Of a stretch of 64,000 nt of DNA, positions 58,494-64,000 are shown one piece after another. The number at the start of each line of letters is the position of its first letter. Position 1 is the first letter of the stretch. Under the pieces are notes generated by a model that did not search any database, had not been told where the DNA came from, and worked only from the letters and a program-made list of their open reading frames with translations. The stretch is from Candidatus Dormiibacterota bacterium (GTDB lineage Bacteria; Chloroflexota; Dormibacteria; Aeolococcales; Aeolococcaceae). The stretch is taken from NCBI GenBank assembly GCA_963718525.1, contig OY970355.1, forward strand, positions 2,184,025-2,248,024, read 5' to 3'. Both the position numbers and the translations under genes were made by a program.

Positions 58494-58722
58494 CTGCGTC
58501 TGTACGCTCTCCCGTGGCAGTGGCGGAAGCACCGCTGTTGCTGCGAGGCTCCCGTGGGGCCGAGGGTGACCCGGCATTTTTCTGTCGAGCCCTCGGGCTC
58601 TGACCTGGTTAGGGCCAGTCCCCTCGGTCTTCGCGGGTGGCCGAGTGACCTCATAGCGGCGTGAATACTGAACGGCAGGAATGTCCGAGGCCATCCACCC
58701 ATCAACACCACGGAGGGTCGGC
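58494..58722 (+). ncRNA. Candidate IS110 bridge RNA (left non-coding end)
   Basis: The left non-coding end is 229 nt against an 11-nt right end. It contains CGCTGTTG (58533-58540), complementary to the right target flank CAACAGCG (59792-59799). It also contains CATAGCGGCG (58652-58661), identical to the IS right terminus (59779-59788). The structure was not modelled. Confidence 0.4.
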
Positions 58723-59778
58723 ATGGTCATCATCGGCATCGATTGCCACACAAGGGTTCATGTGGCTGCAGCCATTGACGGATCGGGGCAGGTCTGTGCG
58801 CGCTTCACAGCGGGTGCCAAGGCTGAGGAGCTCGAAGCGCTCACAAGGTGGGCGTGCCAACAAGCAGCCGGCCTGATCGCCGTCGAGGGCGCACGAGGCT
58901 TTGGCCTCGCGCTCACTCGATGCCTCCTCGCCGCTGGCTTGGAGGTCGTCGATGTCCCAACGCACATGACCGCTGACGGGCGCCGTCAGAGCCGCCGTCC
59001 GGGAAAGGACGATGAGAGCGATGCGGTGGTCATCGCGCGAGTTGCACTACGTGAACACGACCTGCCGCGGTTGCGTCCGGCGCATCTTGACTCGGATCTC
59101 AAACTGCTGGTGGACGCACGCGATCAGGTTGTTGCAGAAGGCACTCGTGTACGCAACCGGCTGCATGCGCTGCTGCTCACCGTGTCGCCCGGCTACCGCG
59201 ATCACACCGGCGCTCTGTCGAGCAAGCGCGCACTCATCGTCGCTCGTCGCTTGGTGCTCCGAGCACGAGCGGCAGATCCGGTTCGCTGCCGCCTGGCCCT
59301 TGCAGCCATTCGCCAACTCCACGCCATCGATGCTGAAGCAGCCGGGCTGGAGGGCGAGATCAAACAAGCCGTGAGCGCAAGGCACCCGAAGCAGCTGCTC
59401 GCCATTTGCGGTGTGAGCACGCTGGTGGCCGGCAAGCTCCTCGGTGAGGCCCACGACATCACACGCTTCCCGACGGCGGCGTCGTTCGCAGCCCACGCTG
59501 GCGCCGCCCCGCTTCCGGCATCGAGCGGCGTCACGCGGCGACACCGTCTCAACCGAGGCGGCAACCGTCAACTCAACCGAGCCCTCTTCACGATCGCCAT
59601 GGTGCAGGCACGCTGGCACCCTGGAGCGGTCGCCTATCTGGAGCGAAAACGTGGCGAAGGCAAGCGACCCGCCGAAGCGCGACGCTGCCTCATGCGCCAC
59701 CTTGCGGGTGTCGTCCACCGCGCCATGTTCCTCGACGCGACCGCGGTCAGCGCGAGTTCGGCCATGCCTGCCGCTTGA
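58723..59778 (+). CDS. IS110-family transposase/recombinase (DEDD RuvC-like N-terminal domain plus Tnp C-terminal domain)
   Basis: MVIIGIDCHTRVHVAAAID...IAVEGARGFG...VVDVP...DDESDAVVIARVAL...LLAICGVSTLVAGKLLGE...AGAAPLPASSG...RLNRGGNRQLNRALF. ATG 58723 follows GGAGGG. ORF 58681 is an alternative start. Confidence 0.9.
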   Translation: MVIIGIDCHTRVHVAAAIDGSGQVCARFTAGAKAEELEALTRWACQQAAGLIAVEGARGFGLALTRCLLAAGLEVVDVPTHMTADGRRQSRRPGKDDESDAVVIARVALREHDLPRLRPAHLDSDLKLLVDARDQVVAEGTRVRNRLHALLLTVSPGYRDHTGALSSKRALIVARRLVLRARAADPVRCRLALAAIRQLHAIDAEAAGLEGEIKQAVSARHPKQLLAICGVSTLVAGKLLGEAHDITRFPTAASFAAHAGAAPLPASSGVTRRHRLNRGGNRQLNRALFTIAMVQARWHPGAVAYLERKRGEGKRPAEARRCLMRHLAGVVHRAMFLDATAVSASSAMPAA

Positions 59779-59789
59779 CATAGCGGCGC

Positions 59790-59957
59790 CCCAACAGCGC
59801 CTCACTGCTGCGGCTGTTCACCGCGGTGCTCCAGGACCAGCACGACGAGTGGCAGGACGGCCGCCGTCACTTCAGTCAGCAGTCGATGGCTCGCGTTTTG
59901 CACCCCGACGGTCCGCCCTTGCTCACCAACCCACTCACGGAGGGACTGGTCGCGTAG
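59790..59957 (+). pseudogene. IS256-family transposase, C-terminal fragment
   Basis: PNSASLLRLFTAVLQDQHDEWQDGRRHFSQQSMARVLHPDGPPLLTNPLTEGLVA* is the typical IS256 transposase C-terminus. Confidence 0.8.
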
Positions 59958-60020
59958 TTCACCGACGTTGTGAGAACTCCACCGAATTCACACCACTACC
60001 GGGGACTTGACCCCACCCCC

Positions 60021-60100
60021 TTCCAACTTTCGGGGATCAGTCACTGTGCAGGGACTAGTCCTTATTCGCTAATTGATGGCCTTTCCTGCAAAACCACTCT
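60021..60100 (+). repeat. tRNA-Pro(GGG) 3'-half repeat unit, copy 7, right part of the downstream arm
   Basis: TTCCAACTTTCGGGGATCAGTCACTGTGCAGGGACTAGTCCTTATTCGCTAATTGATGGCCTTTCCTGCAAAACCACT aligns with copy 4 (28921-28994). Confidence 0.8.
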
Positions 60101-60318
60101 AATGTCGTGCGGCCAAACGGCGATGTCCCGAGCGGGGCGCGACGCTCGCTTCGGGCCATTGCTTGGCGCGCCGCGGTCGGAAATGCGGCTGCGACTGAAC
60201 ATCCGTTCACCCGGATTGAACGCCTTGATGAGTGACGCCAAGGCGACCGGAGTGATGCTCTAGCAACCGGCCCTACCGTACTCGGCCTTAATCGGCGGCG
60301 AGAGCAAAGGAGGTAATC

Positions 60319-62013
60319 ATGGAACCTCACGATTGCCACCGGATCTGGAGGGGCAGGTCGCGTAAGTTCGCGGCTCTGGCCGCGGTAATGTTGGGGTCGG
60401 CGGTGGTGGGCGCAAGACCTGCCTCGGCGACGACATTCACTGTGTGCGGCAGTGGATGTGCTTACAGTCAGATTGGTGCTGCGGTCGCAGCTGCGAGCAG
60501 GGGCGACACAGTGAGCATCGGCCCTGGCAAATACGTCGGCGGTTTCACGATCGACCAAAGCGTGAGCCTCGTCGGCGCTGGCGCCCATGAGACGACGATC
60601 AGCGGCGGGGGGCCGGTGATCACGGTCGGGAAGTTCGGGGCCAAGACTGAGCCCACAGTCGCGCTCCGCGACCTAACGATCACCGGTGGCGTGACGGCGT
60701 CGAGCCCGGTGTCGATTGCGTATGTCGCCAAAGCAGGAGTGCTTGCCCTAGGAGGGGGTATCTTCGTCCCGCCCGCCGCAAAGTTCGCCGCGGGCGCGAC
60801 TTTCACGGTCAGCGACAGCGTCATCACGGGCAATATCGCCGCAGCGACCGCGTCCGTCGACGCCGGCTTCTCATGTGGGACGCACGACTGCCGATTCGCC
60901 ATAGCCGGCGGTGGCGGGATCGACAACTGGGGCCTTCTGACGGTCGAGAACACGATCGTCAGCAACAACGAGTTGGCAGGAGCGGTCACGAGTGACGCCG
61001 ACGGAGCCGGTATTTACACGCAGCAAGGCGCAATCACCCTGAAGAACAGCGTCGTGACCGGCAACCGTGCGATGGCGATCGCTCCGGACGGCCGCTTTGC
61101 CGAGGGCGCGGGCATCATGGTCGACACGACCTTCTCGGCCGGAGCTTGCACGCCCTGCACCCTGTCTGTTCAAAACAGCATCGTGCGCGACAACAACTCA
61201 AGTCTCGTCAACAACACTCTGCCTTCCTCCGTGGGAGCGCAGTCTGGGATGAATGCCAACGCCGGCGGCATACATGTGGGTGACGGCATTCCCACGACGG
61301 TCAAGAACACGGCGATCGATGACAACTCAGCGACTGCAATCGATCGACGAGGCGAGGCGCTCGGCATCGACGCCGGCATGATCGTCGGGTACAGTCCGCT
61401 CATCATGCAGAACACTCAGATCGACGACAACCGGTCGACGACGACAGTGCTGACTTCGACCGATGTGGGGCCAGCAGGCAGCGCTCTCGAACTCGATGGG
61501 GGCGGCACGATCAGCGGCACGAGCATCGATGACAACCTCGCGATCTCAACAAGTTCGGGTGGCTTAGCCGACACGAACGGTGGCTTGGCCATTTTCTACT
61601 TTGGCAATCTCGGCGGGGCGCAGCTAGTGACCGTGCGAGACAGTGATATCAGCGGCAATGTCACCGAGTCGTTCAGCAAGACAGGCTCAGCCCAGATCGA
61701 GGGCGGTGCGGTCTTCAACAACAGCTTGCTCGTGATGCGCAACGATCGCGTGAGCGACAACGTCGGGCGAGCGGAGGCGCCGACCGGTGTGGCCCAAGGG
61801 GGAGGCACCTGGAACGGGGTCGACGCGAGCACGGGCGCCAGCCCTCCGGCTCAGCTGACCCTCGAGAACACGAGCGTCACCCACAACGCCCTCGAAGGAG
61901 GCGCAGGCGTGACTCTTCAAGGCGGTGGCATCTTCACGGAGTCTCCGGCAACGCTCACGCTCACCAACACGCAAATCGCGTTCAACCGCCCGGACCAGTG
62001 CTTCGGGTGCTGA
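60319..62013 (+). CDS. Secreted right-handed parallel beta-helix repeat protein (pectin-lyase-fold)
   Basis: Signal peptide ...AAVMLGSAVVGARPASA, a CGSGC motif, then many repeats of the type ..I..N.A...GGGI.N.G.LT...S.V.GN. AGGAGG precedes the ATG. Confidence 0.75.
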   Translation: MEPHDCHRIWRGRSRKFAALAAVMLGSAVVGARPASATTFTVCGSGCAYSQIGAAVAAASRGDTVSIGPGKYVGGFTIDQSVSLVGAGAHETTISGGGPVITVGKFGAKTEPTVALRDLTITGGVTASSPVSIAYVAKAGVLALGGGIFVPPAAKFAAGATFTVSDSVITGNIAAATASVDAGFSCGTHDCRFAIAGGGGIDNWGLLTVENTIVSNNELAGAVTSDADGAGIYTQQGAITLKNSVVTGNRAMAIAPDGRFAEGAGIMVDTTFSAGACTPCTLSVQNSIVRDNNSSLVNNTLPSSVGAQSGMNANAGGIHVGDGIPTTVKNTAIDDNSATAIDRRGEALGIDAGMIVGYSPLIMQNTQIDDNRSTTTVLTSTDVGPAGSALELDGGGTISGTSIDDNLAISTSSGGLADTNGGLAIFYFGNLGGAQLVTVRDSDISGNVTESFSKTGSAQIEGGAVFNNSLLVMRNDRVSDNVGRAEAPTGVAQGGGTWNGVDASTGASPPAQLTLENTSVTHNALEGGAGVTLQGGGIFTESPATLTLTNTQIAFNRPDQCFGC

Positions 62014-62188
62014 CGGGCGGCCGGCCAACCGCGTGAGCCAGTCCGACTCGCGCGCACCGCGGCGATGGGCAGCGCTCGCCGGAATTTGCCGCGACATGTT
62101 CATGCGGAGCTGGGCCTCGGTGCGACCACAGGAGGACCGTAGTTGTCGGCGCAAATCCGGAAGTGACGGTTCAAGAGGGGAACTTGCT

Positions 62189-63034
62189 TTGAAAGCGGCT
62201 GGGGCTACCGCGGTCGCGGTGCTGCTCGCGCTAGTGACGTCTGCGTGCGGTGGCACAGCCTCAAGCGAGTCATCGTCGAGCCACGCTCAGCCGGACACGT
62301 TGCAGAGGGTGACGTCCACCCTGGACGGCGAGACGACCATTCCTCTCCGGACCCGGTGGATCGCGACACCCCAGCCGGCTGGCGCCCCAGTGACCGGGGT
62401 GGACTTCCTGATCGATGGGAAGCTGATCTGGACCGAACAGTCTGCTCCATATGTCTTTGGGGGCGACGACAATGGCACCAATCTCGGCTTCCTGATCACC
62501 ACTTGGCTTTCGCCCGGCGTGCACACTTTCACCGCTCGTGCCACGGGTGTTGCCGGTAAGACCGTCTCCGATGATGTGACTGCTAGCGTTGCCGCAGCGC
62601 CCGCGCCACCCGCCGCGCTCAAAGGAACCTGGACGCGAACCGTGACCCAGCCAGACATCGAACATGCGGGTGTCACCGAAGGGCCGCCGCCGACCGGCCA
62701 GTGGCACCTCGTCTTCGATCAGATCGGCGCTTGGGAACTCGACCCCCTCGGTTCCGGCGTCGGGAGCCAGTATGAGGCTCAGGGCGACACGCTCAACGTC
62801 TACGCACCCATTCAGGAAGCGCCGTTCAGTAACGGAATCGGGGGGATCAGCATGTACGGTCACCGCGATCTTGGTGGGACGGACTGCAACGCGTCGGGGC
62901 CGTTCGGTTCCTATCGCTGGTCGGTCGCGGGCAACAAGCTGACCTTGTCTGTGATCAATGAAGGGTGCCCCAACCGGCAAGCAATCTGGGAAGGTGTCTG
63001 GAGCCTTGAGAGCCCGACGACACCTCCGACCTGA
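62189..63034 (+). CDS. Hypothetical lipoprotein with an Ig-like domain
   Basis: TTG start 8 nt after AGAGGGG. MKAAGATAVAVLLALVTSACGG has a lipobox. FLIDGKLIWTEQSAPYVFGGD...GVHTFTARATG resembles bacterial Ig-like domains. Confidence 0.6.
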   Translation: MKAAGATAVAVLLALVTSACGGTASSESSSSHAQPDTLQRVTSTLDGETTIPLRTRWIATPQPAGAPVTGVDFLIDGKLIWTEQSAPYVFGGDDNGTNLGFLITTWLSPGVHTFTARATGVAGKTVSDDVTASVAAAPAPPAALKGTWTRTVTQPDIEHAGVTEGPPPTGQWHLVFDQIGAWELDPLGSGVGSQYEAQGDTLNVYAPIQEAPFSNGIGGISMYGHRDLGGTDCNASGPFGSYRWSVAGNKLTLSVINEGCPNRQAIWEGVWSLESPTTPPT

Positions 63035-63188
63035 ACCACGTAGACCGGCGGAGGAGGGCGCGGTTGGCGAGAGAACTCGAGCAGCCCGTGAGCAGCCCAT
63101 TGGCGGCGATGGTAGCCACCCGGCGAGTCTCTGCACACTGGACAACGCGCCTCGGCAATTGCGGTTACCGCGTGTCGCTTCCTCAACC

Positions 63189-63264
63189 GAGTGCAAGTTC
63201 GGAGCCGTCAGCGCCTGACGCGAACGGAGTGCAAGTTCGGAGCCGTCAGCGCCTGACGCGAACG
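63189..63264. repeat. Perfect 38-nt tandem duplication (intergenic)
   Basis: GAGTGCAAGTTCGGAGCCGTCAGCGCCTGACGCGAACG occurs at 63189-63226 and again at 63227-63264. Confidence 0.95.
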
Positions 63265-63540
63265 GGCGTCTCCGTGAGTTCTGTGGCGCTTCGTTTACCG
63301 ACTGCTAGCCACGGACGGGATCATGGCCGAGGGTGGCTTGACCGATCCCCCGGCTCACGTCTGCCGTCACGAAGACCGGCGAGAGCAGCAATCCCCACAG
63401 GAGCTTCCTGTCACCAGCCTCATGGCGAACTGAGGGCTGACGCCGGCGGTTGACTCGCCGAGCACGATGCTCATGCTCAAGAGTGTGGAGCGGGAGAGGA
63501 GCGCTATCGGCTTCGGCCTTAAGCGTGCCTGTTGATTTCT

Positions 63541-63886
63541 TCGCGAATCAAATGGATTCCAATAGCCACGGTCTAGTCGTCATTCCAACCAATTCGCTAC
63601 GAAAGCCCTCTAAGTCGAACTCACCCTGAATCAGGAAATAAGGACTGGTCTGGGGGACCAGGGGTCGCAGGTTCGAGTCCTGTCTCCCCGACGGACGCGC
63701 AAGTTGAATTCACAGCGAGCGGTTGCGCGGCGCGTCAGGCGCCCGTTCGGTTAGCGGGGTATACTGGTCTAGTCAGGAACAATGCCTTTCCCTGCAAAAG
63801 GCCTTATTACCGACGACCGGGTCCGGATTCCGCTGCTGATAGAGCGGGATTGTGGCACCCCAGCGCATACACATCGCTTACAGTTT
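63541..63886 (+). repeat. tRNA-Pro(GGG) 3'-half repeat unit, copy 8 (type A)
   Basis: Core 63645-63691. The first 40 nt of the downstream arm are identical to copy 1 (CGGACGCGCAAGTTGAATTCACAGCGAGCGGTTGCGCGG). Similarity to copy 1 runs to CGCTTACAGTTT. Confidence 0.9.
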
Positions 63887-63892
63887 CTGGCG

Positions 63893-64000
63893 ATTGCCGT
63901 TTGGCTTGGAGGAGTTAGGTCCGAAAGGGTGAATTCGCCGGCTTCGTCGACGAAGCCGTGCATGCGGCCCTTGCTTTCGCTGTAATAGCCGACCAAGACT
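63893..64000 (-). CDS. 3' end of a gene entering from the right edge (hypothetical repeat protein)
   Basis: Reverse strand reads VLVGYYSESKGRMHGFVDEAGEFTLSDLTPP. The ORF then runs on into repeat copy 8, so its true stop is unclear and the gene may be truncated by the repeat. Confidence 0.25.

Larger units (their letters stand above)
58494..59789 (+). mobile_element. IS110-family insertion sequence nested in the IS256 transposase gene
   Basis: The IS256 reading frame ...VVGIF | PNSASLLRLFTAVLQDQHDEW... is restored if 58494-59789 is removed. The boundaries are ambiguous by 1-2 C residues. No inverted repeats, as expected for IS110. Confidence 0.8.
57320..60012 (+). mobile_element. IS256-family insertion sequence, copy B (1397 bp of IS256 plus a nested 1296-bp IS110)
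   Basis: Imperfect ~30-bp terminal inverted repeats (AGTGATGTCCCGTAGTGTGGTGTAAATCCGG versus the reverse complement GGTCAAGTCCCCGGTAGTGGTGTGAATTCGG). An 8-bp direct repeat CCACCCCC lies at 57312-57319 and 60013-60020. Confidence 0.85.

Overview
High-GC bacterial DNA (by eye about two-thirds G+C, not computed). Gene content and gene overlaps (ATGA/GTGA, many GTG/TTG starts) look Actinomycetota-like, but the taxon cannot be fixed from sequence alone. There is no rRNA, no intact tRNA and no CRISPR array.

I support about 55 protein-coding genes:
- Regulators: 2 TetR, 2 MarR, Crp/Fnr, an ECF sigma with a zinc anti-sigma, and a full-length group-1/2 sigma-70.
- Redox and detoxification enzymes: SDRs, peroxiredoxin, ABM, VOC, NmrA, aldehyde dehydrogenase, amidase, hydrolases.
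- Two paralogous orphan NarL-type histidine kinases.
- A heterodimeric ABC exporter pair.
- A nine-gene V/A-type ATPase operon. Its last gene is joined by a deletion scar to a 5'-truncated MgtA-type P-type ATPase.
- Several lipoproteins and secreted proteins.

The region is accessory and decaying. It holds four IS copies: two near-identical IS256 in inverted orientation (one split by a nested IS110) and one IS481 with a CCTAGA target duplication. It also holds one tyrosine recombinase, at least eight gene remnants or frame-broken genes, and two perfect short tandem duplications.

The dominant structure not explained by genes is a 260-350 nt repeat unit present eight times, always in the same orientation. 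Each unit is centred on an invariant 47-nt tRNA-Pro(GGG) 3' half (anticodon stem to discriminator, with no 5' half). The core is flanked by diverged arms carrying helically phased ATTCCA hexamers. The copies cut the window into cargo modules of 1.5-20 kb, and only one module carries a recombinase.

I read this as an unusually dense tandem accretion of tRNA-Pro-targeting integrative elements and integrase-less derivatives, where each junction is attP-like. An integron-like multi-gene cassette array or a tRNA-derived non-autonomous repeat family are alternatives. All function calls rest on my recognition of motifs in the supplied translations; no database search was possible.
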